Source of the DNA: a virus
DNA: 64,000 nucleotides
Direction: 5' to 3' (one strand)
Virus record (IMG/VR): IMGVR_UViG_3300044956_000431
Coordinates: 32,001-96,000 of that record
The position numbers were made by a program, and so were the translations under genes. Of this stretch, positions 18,095-28,304 are shown piece after piece. The notes beneath the pieces are model-generated. The model saw only the letters and a program-made list of their open reading frames with translations, was not told the origin of the DNA and ran no database searches. The first letter of the stretch is position 1; the number at the start of each line of letters is the position of its first letter.

Positions 18095-19960
18095 TCAGTC
18101 CAGATCAGGATTATTGCGGACAAAGTTTGCCTGGCTAAAACGCATGCGATCAACGTATTTCATGCCCTGCCCTACATAACCTTCGTGTCCAGGTTCTCCG
18201 TTGATTGATGCTTGTACATCGTGTGCTTGTGCATCTAGTTGACGCACTAACTCATTTTTAAGACTGCTTAGATCTAAGAATGCTTGAAACACAGCGGCCA
18301 GGGCTGCTTTGTTTTCGTTGGCCCATTCAAAAATACGCAGTGCTTTAGTGGATTCCTTGGCTTGTACCCAAGGCCCAAACCCGGCCAACAAATCATTGAA
18401 GTTTCCTTCTCGAACACGGCTATTGATATATGCCTTCATTAACTGTGGAAGGTTGCTGATTTTCCTAGCTCTGAGCTCTTGAGGGTTAAAGAGCTGGTCA
18501 ATGGCCGCACCTTGTGCTGTGGCTATCTTTTTTAGATTTGCCACAGTGCTGGCGTTGAGTTTGATATTTCTAGGTTCTTTAAGGCTGGGGTCAAGAATCA
18601 ACAAGCCCGGCACTGGTTTGAGCGCGGCTGCTCGTATGGGCTGAGGTTGTGCGCCAGGCGCTTCTAACGAAGTGTGTATTACTACAGCGGCTTCGCTCTT
18701 GCCAACCTGCTGGCCCAAGGACGAGTCTGCAGGAATAGAATATGTCACAGTGTTGGGTTGGAAAACATAGGAACCGTTGACTAGCTGTGGTGTTTGACTG
18801 TACAACAAATCGCCCTGAATATATCCGCGGAAGTCTGGCGGTACAGCGGCCCTTAGTAGTGGAAATAGCTTTTGGTACAGTGCTACAAGTTCACCACGCT
18901 CGCCACCACGTTGAGCCATGATCTGTGCGATCTGTTGCGGGCTAGTGGCCAGGCCATCATAGCCTTTGGCTAAAAATCCACTTTTGTCTGTGAGCACAAA
19001 ATCACCGTTGGGTTTGCGACCAAATATAATAGCTGGCTTGCCATCCCATTTCACTGTGGCAGTGTTGGGTTCACGTGCTGTGTTGACAATACCTGTGATG
19101 GCTTGTTGTATGCCGCGACTGCCCATGTCAAATACCATGTCTTCAGGATGCTCAATACGCACACCCTCCATGATCATAATCATGCCTTGGTTCACAATAC
19201 GATCACGCAGGCGTGCCAAGAAGTGTACGTCATTTTCTGCCACAGGTGCATCAGGATCAGTCAGGCCTTCACGTGCTAGATATTCTCTGAAGTCAGCCAG
19301 TTTGGCATCACGCTGTGGGTCTCGGGCCAGGGCCGCATAAATGCTTTCTACGTTTTTTAAGTTTTCCCGAGTGGACTTTTTGCCCAACAATGCCTGTGCC
19401 ACATAATCAGGATCTAAACCGCCGTCGACTAGTTCATTGGTAGTTCTGCTGAACATGCCATTGGCGCCAACTTTGAGTCCTAGATACTTGGCTATGGAGC
19501 TCATCAATACATTGCGTACCATGACTTTGTATGCACTGTTTTCGCCACCAGCATAAAAGAATGTGCCCCAATCTAAGTTAGGGAAAAACATAAAGTCTGT
19601 TTGAACAAACCCACGTTTTGGGTCGCCAGCAATGGGTGTGCGCAAATGAACTTCGCCACTCTTTTTGACCCATAACTTTGGATCTTCACCGTGGCTTTGC
19701 GCCCACTGAATAAGTTTGGCTGCCAGTTGATCCTTGCTAACTTCATTGACATCAACTGCCATATCTAAATCGCCTGATGTTGTGTCTCGCCCTGTGGAAC
19801 CTAGCCAGCGTTCTCGAGGAAAATCTATACCTGTGAGTTGCTCCAGCCACATCACAGTGGCAGGAACATCGCTTTGATTGATACGTTGTGTGAGTGGGTT
19901 GCCGTCTTTGTCTTTGAAGACGTTGCCACCTTCAAATAGTTGCCGCACCGCTACCACCAA
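18095..19960 (-). CDS. Pol-beta-like nucleotidyltransferase fused to ligase-like (KxDG) domain
   Basis: LGSTG..SGDLD..VQTDFM; TVKWDGKPA, QGDLL, HEGYV, KYVDR. Confidence 0.65.
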   Translation of the reverse strand: MVVAVRQLFEGGNVFKDKDGNPLTQRINQSDVPATVMWLEQLTGIDFPRERWLGSTGRDTTSGDLDMAVDVNEVSKDQLAAKLIQWAQSHGEDPKLWVKKSGEVHLRTPIAGDPKRGFVQTDFMFFPNLDWGTFFYAGGENSAYKVMVRNVLMSSIAKYLGLKVGANGMFSRTTNELVDGGLDPDYVAQALLGKKSTRENLKNVESIYAALARDPQRDAKLADFREYLAREGLTDPDAPVAENDVHFLARLRDRIVNQGMIMIMEGVRIEHPEDMVFDMGSRGIQQAITGIVNTAREPNTATVKWDGKPAIIFGRKPNGDFVLTDKSGFLAKGYDGLATSPQQIAQIMAQRGGERGELVALYQKLFPLLRAAVPPDFRGYIQGDLLYSQTPQLVNGSYVFQPNTVTYSIPADSSLGQQVGKSEAAVVIHTSLEAPGAQPQPIRAAALKPVPGLLILDPSLKEPRNIKLNASTVANLKKIATAQGAAIDQLFNPQELRARKISNLPQLMKAYINSRVREGNFNDLLAGFGPWVQAKESTKALRIFEWANENKAALAAVFQAFLDLSSLKNELVRQLDAQAHDVQASINGEPGHEGYVGQGMKYVDRMRFSQANFVRNNPDLD

Positions 19961-20603
19961 TGGTTATAGTGCTACCTGACGCGGCCGCGGCTTGATCCAT
20001 GGCCTGTTGTACTAGATCAGAATGTAATGCAGTGTAGGTAGGTACCTCTGCGCCACGAGCATCCACGAAACGTCCTTTGGAGCTATCCCAGGTATAAGTT
20101 ACCTTGCTGGTTTTTCTGCCCACAGTGGTTGTGGTATCTATTTTAGTACCATTGGGTATGACAAACACAGGGTTGGTTTGTGCTTTGAGATATCCTGGGA
20201 TAAAATGTTGGGTGAAATAGTTTTTTACTGCTTCAATACTCTGCACAGGTATCAATGTTTTTAATGGTGCGTTGTTAACGTTGACCTTGGCTGCTTTTTC
20301 TAGCCAGGATCTAAAAAGTCCGCGGTATTCATCATCAGTAAAAGGCTTACCTGCGGCAGCTTCTATTCGTTTTAATTCTTTGTCCCAGGCCGCTGTCCAT
20401 GCATTGGCCAGCATACCTGCCTGTTGTTTGGCTTTTTCAGCTCCGACCTTGTCAGACAGATCTTTGTACCATTGAGGAGTTATCTCACCACGAAATACTG
20501 AGAGAGCTTGTTTGATTTTTTGTGCGTTCTGTGCTTGACTGGCCTTGCCTATAGCTCTTAGATCATCAAACACACCTTCATTGACTATGTCATTGACTTT
20601 CAT
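19932..20603 (-). CDS. hypothetical, probable internal virion protein
   Basis: MKVNDIVNEG start. Confidence 0.65.
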   Translation of the reverse strand: MKVNDIVNEGVFDDLRAIGKASQAQNAQKIKQALSVFRGEITPQWYKDLSDKVGAEKAKQQAGMLANAWTAAWDKELKRIEAAAGKPFTDDEYRGLFRSWLEKAAKVNVNNAPLKTLIPVQSIEAVKNYFTQHFIPGYLKAQTNPVFVIPNGTKIDTTTTVGRKTSKVTYTWDSSKGRFVDARGAEVPTYTALHSDLVQQAMDQAAAASGSTITIGGSGAATI

Positions 20604-20844
20604 CAGTGCGCCTTACTGTACGGGTAAACTTAGATGCATCGCGCATCTTTATGGCGTTGATCAGTTTGCGCTGTAGATTTTCTGCTGATTCAGTGTTGTA
20701 GGTCTGCTCGATCTGTTCCAAGAGACGGATAGCACTGGCAATGATATTGCTGGCGCGATTTTCTATCACATGACGTCGATCTCTCTCGATGTACATAGCA
20801 TCAAGTTCTTCTAATATACTACGGGTCTTTTTTTGCATGATCAC
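20590..20844 (-). CDS. conserved hypothetical protein
   Basis: KTRSILEEL; TAAATA upstream. Confidence 0.7.
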   Translation of the reverse strand: MIMQKKTRSILEELDAMYIERDRRHVIENRASNIIASAIRLLEQIEQTYNTESAENLQRKLINAIKMRDASKFTRTVRRTDESQ

Positions 20845-20862
20845 AAAGCCTTTGTTTTATAT

Positions 20863-21870
20863 TTATTGGCTTTGTCCACAAACGTCATTGCAAATAACCA
20901 AGCGGCCCTGCTCAAAGGTAGATATTTTCCAGGATTTTTCCACGGTTACGAACCAGTCTATGCAGGATTCCAAATCATTTTCTAGAGCATTGTTGTTTTT
21001 TAATATAGATTTAACTTGTTTATTGGCTGCTTGATGGTAGTTGCCGTGCCCATAAGTGCTGGGATTGAATCCTAAAAAACAACAAGGGTAAACATCGCCA
21101 GTACTGCTGACATAAACTGATTTGTTTTTTTGTATTTGACAAGCGATGGGCTTAGGGGCCCGACTGGGAGTTATATCTTCCAATAGCACTTCGTCAGTTT
21201 TTCTGCTGTCAAACAATATTTTAAACTCTGTTTGTTTAGGAGTACCAATCACATGAGTTAGTTCACCGCGAGAGTTGTAAACAGGTGTCTGATCTCTACC
21301 GTGATTTACCAACCGAAACTCTTGAAATCCTAGCTCTTGTGCCAACTCACGGGCCTGGCCCCATTGGTGCTGATTATGTTCAAACTCAATCATTTTCCAC
21401 ACAGCATGACCTCCTGCCAAAATAAAAGTTTCAGCATTTTTCATCACAGTGGAATACAAGGTGTTTTGTCTATAGAGACTGTGCGTGTCCTCAAGCCCAT
21501 CAATACAGAAAATCACTATAACATTTAACTTGGCCAATGCTTGCCAAAATTTACGATCGCGAGCGCCACCATTGGTGCTGACTGATATTTTTATGTTGGA
21601 ATTTTGTGTTCGGAAATAAGTTAAAATATCAACTGTGTCAAGATTCATCACAGCATCGCCAAAGTTACCATTGACGTAGAGTTGGTCAAGTTGTGCTATG
21701 AAATCAGGGTGAAATATCTTTTGTGCTTCCTCCAAGGTCATGTCATGTTCAACATAACCATCATTATAGGGATATCCGTAAAAGTTCCTGGGGCACAGTG
21801 GGCAGGCGGCATTGCACCTACTGGATATTTCTAAATGAACGTGACGTATCTGATTGAAGCTGTATATCAT
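20863..21870 (-). CDS. radical SAM protein with C-terminal SPASM/twitch-like domain
   Basis: CNAACPLC, GNFGD, STNG, GDVYPCC, C..VC. Confidence 0.9.
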   Translation of the reverse strand: MIYSFNQIRHVHLEISSRCNAACPLCPRNFYGYPYNDGYVEHDMTLEEAQKIFHPDFIAQLDQLYVNGNFGDAVMNLDTVDILTYFRTQNSNIKISVSTNGGARDRKFWQALAKLNVIVIFCIDGLEDTHSLYRQNTLYSTVMKNAETFILAGGHAVWKMIEFEHNQHQWGQARELAQELGFQEFRLVNHGRDQTPVYNSRGELTHVIGTPKQTEFKILFDSRKTDEVLLEDITPSRAPKPIACQIQKNKSVYVSSTGDVYPCCFLGFNPSTYGHGNYHQAANKQVKSILKNNNALENDLESCIDWFVTVEKSWKISTFEQGRLVICNDVCGQSQ

Positions 21871-23273
21871 CCGTTGGCTTTGATATTGCTTAACATCTTT
21901 TTCAACGCAGAGCTTTGTACATCTGCGGATACCTTTAATACTTCGCCGGTTTCTTCATCTAGAGATTCACTGCCACTGACTTGACTCTTAGCTTTGATAG
22001 ATTCATAAATGCTGGGTTTCTTTACAAAGCCTGAACTTTGTTGCTGATCTTCCCCTAGGTCTCTGATGCGCAGACTTTCAATGTCAAACTCTAAGTCTAC
22101 CTTTTGTCCAACACCGCTGGAACTACGAGTTTTCATCAGCTGAATCTGATAACGTCCACGCTCACGCATAGCGCGGCTAGTAAAAATACCAAATACGTTA
22201 TCCGCAGTATTAATCTTTGAAATACCACCTGAAATATGTGAGTGATCAAATTCAATCTCCTCTACAGCCGCACGGTTCAACTGCGATGCTGTGACAAATA
22301 GCACATTGAGTTCTTTGGCCAAGTTACGCAGTTCTTCACTCACGTACTTGTCTTTGACAAACAAGTCATTGGGAGATACTTTTGCGCTGACAGGCATGAT
22401 CAAGTCCAAGTAGTCAACACACAAAAAGTCCACACGCTTGCCAGTTTTAACTTGTAGTTCTTTAAGATAAGCACGAATGTCGTTGACTGTGCTTTGTGCT
22501 GGCATGTATTTGATTTGCAGTGCGCCCGACTTCTTCTGCATCATTTTGACTTTCATTTCAACTGTGTCAATATCTCGGAAAATCTCTTTGGCAGACGTAT
22601 TGGTCATCATAGAATCAATACGCATTGAACACAAACCTTCTGAAAGTTCTAGTGTGATATAACAACCATTGAGTCCGGCCTGTGCCCAGTTTACAGCCAA
22701 GTTCTGCATGAACAAACTCTTGCCTGACCCTGAACCACCAGCAAAGATCTGTAGTTCGCCACGATTGAATCCGCCATATAGTAGTTGGTCCAACGCAGGC
22801 CAACCTGTGGAGTTTTGTCCGTTGTTGTTTTTAAGTGCCATGAGTCGAGCACGTGGATCGTCGAAGTAATCTGTGCCTAAGTCTTTGGTCAATGATATCT
22901 GCACAGCATCTTTGATCAACTTCTCTACAGGATCAAAGTTTCCTTTTTCCAACAAGTCTGCTGATTTAAGAATAGCACGTTCTAGTTCTTGGCGTCTAGT
23001 AAAGCCTTCAAACTCTTCCATGAACCAGTCAAGATGGCCATCATTGAGTTCAGGTATTTCTTCCAAGCTCACACTGGTCACTGCTCGCACTTGTTTGCGG
23101 TCAGGCAATGTTTTGTGTTTGTCTGCATGTTCTTTGATAAACTTTGCGGCACTGCGTAAGCTACGATCAAAGTTTTCGTCGTTGTAGATATTTTGCACTC
23201 GCACAAAACTCTGCGCATCTTGCATCATGATCTCAAGAAACAATCGCTGTACTTCTACTGGGTAATCTTTCAT
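21867..23273 (-). CDS. DnaB-family replicative helicase (gp41-like)
   Basis: GGSGSGKS, LELSE, VDYLDL, TASQLNR, MKTR. Confidence 0.95.
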   Translation of the reverse strand: MKDYPVEVQRLFLEIMMQDAQSFVRVQNIYNDENFDRSLRSAAKFIKEHADKHKTLPDRKQVRAVTSVSLEEIPELNDGHLDWFMEEFEGFTRRQELERAILKSADLLEKGNFDPVEKLIKDAVQISLTKDLGTDYFDDPRARLMALKNNNGQNSTGWPALDQLLYGGFNRGELQIFAGGSGSGKSLFMQNLAVNWAQAGLNGCYITLELSEGLCSMRIDSMMTNTSAKEIFRDIDTVEMKVKMMQKKSGALQIKYMPAQSTVNDIRAYLKELQVKTGKRVDFLCVDYLDLIMPVSAKVSPNDLFVKDKYVSEELRNLAKELNVLFVTASQLNRAAVEEIEFDHSHISGGISKINTADNVFGIFTSRAMRERGRYQIQLMKTRSSSGVGQKVDLEFDIESLRIRDLGEDQQQSSGFVKKPSIYESIKAKSQVSGSESLDEETGEVLKVSADVQSSALKKMLSNIKANG

Positions 23274-23286
23274 GGTGTCTTTCGTA

Positions 23287-23976
23287 TTACGTATCTATGC
23301 GTTCTAATATGAGTTTGACAAGTTTTGCATGAGTATCTGGGCCTGGATGTGCATCCATTGGTGCTTTATCCGTTTGCATGTTGGCAACACTTTGCCAAGG
23401 ATTGGCCCATGATTTCCAATCAACTAGTTCAAAGTTATTGACCAGTTGTTGCGCAAAGTTTGCTCGTTGTTCTTTTTTTAGATCGCACAAAAGATTTTCA
23501 AACTCAGTACTCATTGGTAGACTACTGTCAGCCATGTCCGGAGTCATATCAATCCTTCCATTGATAAAAACTACCTTTTTGTTTTTACACTTGGCTATGT
23601 CTTGTATTATACGACAAAAATCTATAAGTTGCATTATATTTCCGTAGTCATGATTTCTTTTCTGAAACTCTGCTACAAATCTCGTGTCATCCCCACTTTC
23701 TAGTGGTGTGCCAATAAATAATCCCGAATCAGGTGTAGGATAAAGCCAATGGCGATGTATTGCCGTCCACTGTACTACAAAAATTTCACATTGATTATCA
23801 ATAAGGGCTTTGCAAGTCCGTAAAAATATTTTAAGATTGCTAGAGCCGCCTTCGGCATCGTTAATCACATCCATCTTTAATGCTTGGGCCAAAAGATTTG
23901 GATAGATCCTAGCATCGACTTGCTCTTGTTCAAATCCTGCACCTGTAGATATGCTACAGCCTCCTATATAAATCAT
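23287..23976 (-). CDS. SGNH/GDSL-like protein
   Basis: GGCSISTG, GGSSN, DAHPG. Confidence 0.65.
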   Translation of the reverse strand: MIYIGGCSISTGAGFEQEQVDARIYPNLLAQALKMDVINDAEGGSSNLKIFLRTCKALIDNQCEIFVVQWTAIHRHWLYPTPDSGLFIGTPLESGDDTRFVAEFQKRNHDYGNIMQLIDFCRIIQDIAKCKNKKVVFINGRIDMTPDMADSSLPMSTEFENLLCDLKKEQRANFAQQLVNNFELVDWKSWANPWQSVANMQTDKAPMDAHPGPDTHAKLVKLILERIDT

Positions 23977-24518
23977 ACCATACGCTCCTTGATATATTGA
24001 TAAATTTTACTGTTGCCCTGTGTATCAAGATGATTGATGTTGCCTGGATTAGTTTGTCTTAGTGTGAAAAATGAATGTATGTGAGTATTACTAAGATCAA
24101 ATCCTGTGCAATGTATTGCACTCTGGCACTGCTGGAATAATCTATCTAACAAAAGATCAAAAAGATCATCTTGAAACTGCTGATCATAAAAGTTTTTGTA
24201 ATATCCTTTGACGATATCTGCCCACCCTACTTTGTCTAAACTGTCATTGGCCAGCATATCGCAGTAGGGATGTGTTTGTAAGGTGCGACTAGGGTGAGTT
24301 ACATGATCCGGCACAAATACTCGGTCAGGGTTGGTATGAAATACTATGATATGATTGTAGTTTGTTAGATCCCGTTGCTGTATGCTTTTATAAATGCGGT
24401 ATTCGCTAACTCCGCGCTGTGCAAAGTTATCAACTTTGAACTCTCTAGCTAACTGCGACGCCCAGGAATCTGCTCTGTCAATGGTAGCAAAACTATCTCC
24501 AAATATTGCTACTCTCAT
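23973..24518 (-). CDS. SGNH/GDSL-like protein
   Basis: IFGDSF, NFAQRGVS, NHL..GN; start MRVAIF with ATGA overlap. Confidence 0.7.
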   Translation of the reverse strand: MRVAIFGDSFATIDRADSWASQLAREFKVDNFAQRGVSEYRIYKSIQQRDLTNYNHIIVFHTNPDRVFVPDHVTHPSRTLQTHPYCDMLANDSLDKVGWADIVKGYYKNFYDQQFQDDLFDLLLDRLFQQCQSAIHCTGFDLSNTHIHSFFTLRQTNPGNINHLDTQGNSKIYQYIKERMV

Positions 24519-25222
24519 ACCCATCCCAACTGTTGTAGCTTGGGTTCTAACACTTGTTCCCACCAACGCTGATTACCATCGGATCCATAATGACCGTGCC
24601 AGCCAAACTTGTCAAAGTCTACAGGACAATAGACATCTTTGTTGACACTGTAATAGGTGTCATCAAATATGATGCTGTGTGGATCAGCTGAAAATCTTCG
24701 TTGGATACTGCCTAATACTGGCCAATCAGTCTTGGGTTGAAACGGTTCTGCTAGATTTACAAACAAGTACTGATCAGTCCATCCTTTGATGTATCTACTT
24801 AACAAAAAAAGTTCTCGCAAAGTTTGTGCTTCTTGCCAACTTCGATTCCAAGCCGTCACATATCCACGACCCAGTTGATGTGTAGTTACCTGACGTAGAC
24901 CATCATGCTCCGGCAGTTCTGGCTGATCAATGGGTTGAAGATTTCCAAACATTTTGTGATATCGGGGCGGCCGTGATTCAGTATCGTACACTGTAAAACG
25001 TTCAATGGGTGGCACACCAACTACAACATAGTCATCTTGAGCAAATCCTGCACCAGCAACAATGAGATGAGATATGCTGTCTATATTGTTGCCTGGCCAG
25101 CTGTAGTTTTCTACTGTGTCAACTTGTAGTGCCCAAGCCATCAAACCCCACCAAGAGTCCTGTGGTTCTACACAAAATCTTGGTGTGCTGTAGCTATCTC
25201 CGTAGATAATCAGTCTAGACAT
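24515..25222 (-). CDS. SGNH/GDSL-like protein
   Basis: IYGDSYS, NYSWPGNN, GH...GN. Confidence 0.7.
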   Translation of the reverse strand: MSRLIIYGDSYSTPRFCVEPQDSWWGLMAWALQVDTVENYSWPGNNIDSISHLIVAGAGFAQDDYVVVGVPPIERFTVYDTESRPPRYHKMFGNLQPIDQPELPEHDGLRQVTTHQLGRGYVTAWNRSWQEAQTLRELFLLSRYIKGWTDQYLFVNLAEPFQPKTDWPVLGSIQRRFSADPHSIIFDDTYYSVNKDVYCPVDFDKFGWHGHYGSDGNQRWWEQVLEPKLQQLGWV

Positions 25223-26174
25223 TGAGTTTCCTTGCTAGATTTTTTTTGGACATTTCTATACGTATGCGATTACTATTTCTAGCTTCAAAAATACTCAGCA
25301 GTGTGGCTGCACGTCCATATTTTCTCACAGCATCATTGACGTCTTTGATATCTAAGCCCCAGTTGGGTATACTTACTGCCCAGCCCAGTTCCAGGGCACG
25401 ATCTATCAACCGAATGCCTGCTTCATCTTGATCAGGCACAACTGTTATTTTTTTGCCCAGGCTACAGATCAGACGTACTTGGGCATCGTTGATTTCTGCG
25501 TGTAACACTGCTAGACCGCTGACGCTGAGTGCATCAAACACTCCTTCCATGATCAGAACATGTTGCCATGAATCTTTCTGCAAGTCTGTGCCAAATACAT
25601 AGCCATGCTGGATATCTTGTATGTACTTGGGTGTGCGATCATCTAAAAATCTTGTGGTGTGTCCTACCACTTGGCCATCGTGTGTGAATGGAATCACTAT
25701 GCCCGGGCGTGGCATGGTCTTATACAAGAAAGGATAGTCCAACGGTACTGAACGGTTGTTGAGATATGATTGCGCGACATCTGTAAGTGGTTGAGTATCC
25801 GTGGGCAACAGTCGATCTTCAAACTCAATGTTTTGTAGTTTTTGAACTATCTGTTGACGCTCGGCTACCAGGCCTTCTATGTTACGATGTCGAAGGCTTT
25901 CTAAGTTGATGCGTTCAATCTCATTACGATCTATATTGAGCCACCCCAACAGCTTGCGAGCTTTGAAACTGAGATTCCTACCTAGCACAAAGCTGGCAGT
26001 GAATCCGCAGTTGAAGCAATGATAACTCCATCCTTGAGCAGTGACCTTAATACCACCTCGCTGACGTCGGTCAGCTGACTCTCCATTGTGTACACAGCAA
26101 GGTGCATTGAAGCTTGTCCAGCCTGAACTGGTGTTTTTGCGCTTTATGGGTAGGTAGGAAAGGACATCGATCAC
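25215..26174 (-). CDS. DNA primase (gp61/DnaG-like)
   Basis: Zn finger PCC..YHCFNC; TOPRIM EGVFDA, PDQDEAG, KDVND. Confidence 0.92.
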   Translation of the reverse strand: MIDVLSYLPIKRKNTSSGWTSFNAPCCVHNGESADRRQRGGIKVTAQGWSYHCFNCGFTASFVLGRNLSFKARKLLGWLNIDRNEIERINLESLRHRNIEGLVAERQQIVQKLQNIEFEDRLLPTDTQPLTDVAQSYLNNRSVPLDYPFLYKTMPRPGIVIPFTHDGQVVGHTTRFLDDRTPKYIQDIQHGYVFGTDLQKDSWQHVLIMEGVFDALSVSGLAVLHAEINDAQVRLICSLGKKITVVPDQDEAGIRLIDRALELGWAVSIPNWGLDIKDVNDAVRKYGRAATLLSIFEARNSNRIRIEMSKKNLARKLNV

Positions 26175-26911
26175 TCTAATATTTTAGCATGTTTTATGTG
26201 TTCAATCAAGTGATCTGCTATGATCTGATGGCCTTTTTCATTGGGATGACCGCCAGATGCAAAAGGCTCTATGCCCAGTTCTTGTTTTTTTTGGTACAGG
26301 ATTTCTCGCCAGCTTAGACCTGGATAGATAAGGCTGGGTGCCGTAACTCCATAACGGTTAGGCAACACTGAAAACTGTATGACCGGAATCTTGTAACGAC
26401 TAGTGGCCTGATCAAACAAGTTGATTGATGTCTGAAAGTTGTACTCGGCCCAATCTGCGTGAAAACTCATACCTAACCAAAGTTTCTGTAGACGGAACCA
26501 GTTTTCGTCAATGTCAGGATTGGGCTGAGTGAGCCATGTGCCATGCATGTGTCGATTCCATTGTGGATCCTTGCGACTTATTTCGTGCAAAGGATTGAAC
26601 CAACTCTGGCGAGTGGCGTCTGTGTGTCCTACCAAAAACAATACATCATCAATGCTTTGTCCGTTGCGCAAATACCACATAAAGTTCCAGCGCATGCTTT
26701 CCAAGCTAGAACCAGGAAAGGCCATGTTGTCCAGTTCGAGACCAAACTTATCGGCTACTAGACCTGCGTAACCGTGTTTCAATCTGTAACTACGATTTTC
26801 ATCGTAGTGATCTCTAAACTCAGACGCCGATAACCCTCTAAACTCAGGCGTCACAAGTTCATCGCCATAGGTCCAGCTATCGCCAAATACTACCAGTTTG
26901 CGTATCTTCAT
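26171..26911 (-). CDS. SGNH/GDSL-like protein
   Basis: VFGDSWTYG, NMAFPGSS, GHPNEKGH. Confidence 0.75.
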   Translation of the reverse strand: MKIRKLVVFGDSWTYGDELVTPEFRGLSASEFRDHYDENRSYRLKHGYAGLVADKFGLELDNMAFPGSSLESMRWNFMWYLRNGQSIDDVLFLVGHTDATRQSWFNPLHEISRKDPQWNRHMHGTWLTQPNPDIDENWFRLQKLWLGMSFHADWAEYNFQTSINLFDQATSRYKIPVIQFSVLPNRYGVTAPSLIYPGLSWREILYQKKQELGIEPFASGGHPNEKGHQIIADHLIEHIKHAKILE

Positions 26912-27903
26912 CTAAATGCTATTGACGTGATAAATCCGTTGTTGATGGCGGCGTTGGGATTGTTGACATAGCCTTCACCACCAGTGATCACAAAGGCGCC
27001 AGTAACATTGCCGCCTGATGCTTCTGCATAGGCAGTGGCTCCTGTGCCCTCGCCGTGGATTTCAATATTGGGCAAAGGTGTAGATATCCACTGACTGCCT
27101 TGATTGTTCATGGTAATGTTGGTGACTTGACCACCACTGACTATGACATTGCCCACTTTGGCTTTGTAGCCATACTGATTTATTTCAAACCGTATATAGT
27201 TGTGATAGCCTTCAATGTTCCAATGATCGCGAACTTCTTGGTTGATATATTGGCGTTGGCTACCAATGTCATACCAAGGGCCCAACTGTGTGTTGGAACC
27301 CTGTGGCTTCACATTGCCCGAAAAGTTATCAAAAGTCATTTGAAACGTAACCAGGGGGCGGCCCTGTACATACACAGCAGATGTGTGATTTCGATTGGGA
27401 TTGCTTTGGCTGATCTCTGGATTGGCAGGTATGGTCATGATTTCGCTGGGCACGAAATCAGGGTACACTGAATCTACCACATCAGCTTTGCCACGACCAC
27501 CGGAATAGGCATCTGTAAACACAGGTTCGTACAGTGTGCTGGTCACTGTGTTGCGTTCAAGACTCCAGCCCACGGGCTGTGCATCTATAGAATCCAGTTC
27601 AGTTGACAGCAAGGTCACTTTGGCTCTTCCAAAGGTGGCATTTAGGATTTCCAAGTCTTTGCTCAACAGTAATATGTCTCCATTGGTGCTGATCAGTCTA
27701 AATGTGATAGTTGATTCTGTGATATTCACAGGCTTTTCGTCTTGATTGACGAACTGAAACAATATGACGTTGTCTACGCCACGATGTATTTTTAGATTTT
27801 TTGTGTACACAGGTTGCCACCTCCGGTCAAAGTAAGCACCACTGGTATCAATCAATAATACCTGTTGTTTTTGCTGATATAAATAGGCAGTGGTAGAATA
27901 CAC
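26908..27903 (-). CDS. virion structural protein (baseplate/tail accessory)
   Basis: RGVDN..FQFVNQD N-terminal domain; GTGATAYA..ITGGEGY repeat typical of T4-like tail proteins. Confidence 0.6.
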   Translation of the reverse strand: MYSTTAYLYQQKQQVLLIDTSGAYFDRRWQPVYTKNLKIHRGVDNVILFQFVNQDEKPVNITESTITFRLISTNGDILLLSKDLEILNATFGRAKVTLLSTELDSIDAQPVGWSLERNTVTSTLYEPVFTDAYSGGRGKADVVDSVYPDFVPSEIMTIPANPEISQSNPNRNHTSAVYVQGRPLVTFQMTFDNFSGNVKPQGSNTQLGPWYDIGSQRQYINQEVRDHWNIEGYHNYIRFEINQYGYKAKVGNVIVSGGQVTNITMNNQGSQWISTPLPNIEIHGEGTGATAYAEASGGNVTGAFVITGGEGYVNNPNAAINNGFITSIAFR

Positions 27904-27926
27904 TTTAATAATTCCTTAAGATATTT

Positions 27927-28304
27927 ATGGGCACAGAGATCTTCGCCAAAATAGCAGAACGCTATCCTTTCATTACATTCTGCACCTATGCAGGCAATGA
28001 GTACATCGGAGTAGTACAAAACCGCGACGATGCAGTGACCACTATCTATGATTTTGGAAATATTCCACACCCAGAGCTAAAAAAAGTGTTCTTAGAACTG
28101 GCCAATGTATGGTGGTGGGAAAGCAATCGTAGCATACCTATCAACATATTTCTCAAGCAAGATTGGGAAGTGTTCCGTCCGTTCCTGCGAACGTTTACCA
28201 ACAAAGATCTTGAAATATTGCACGGGCCTTGTACCAGCCTAACAGACATTGCCCGTAAAAAATCCAAACGTAAATCAATCACCCTGGTCCGCAGAATGGA
28301 CTAG
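27927..28304 (+). CDS. conserved hypothetical protein
   Basis: 125 aa, WWWESNR motif; TATAAATA at 27878-27885. Confidence 0.8.
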   Translation: MGTEIFAKIAERYPFITFCTYAGNEYIGVVQNRDDAVTTIYDFGNIPHPELKKVFLELANVWWWESNRSIPINIFLKQDWEVFRPFLRTFTNKDLEILHGPCTSLTDIARKKSKRKSITLVRRMD

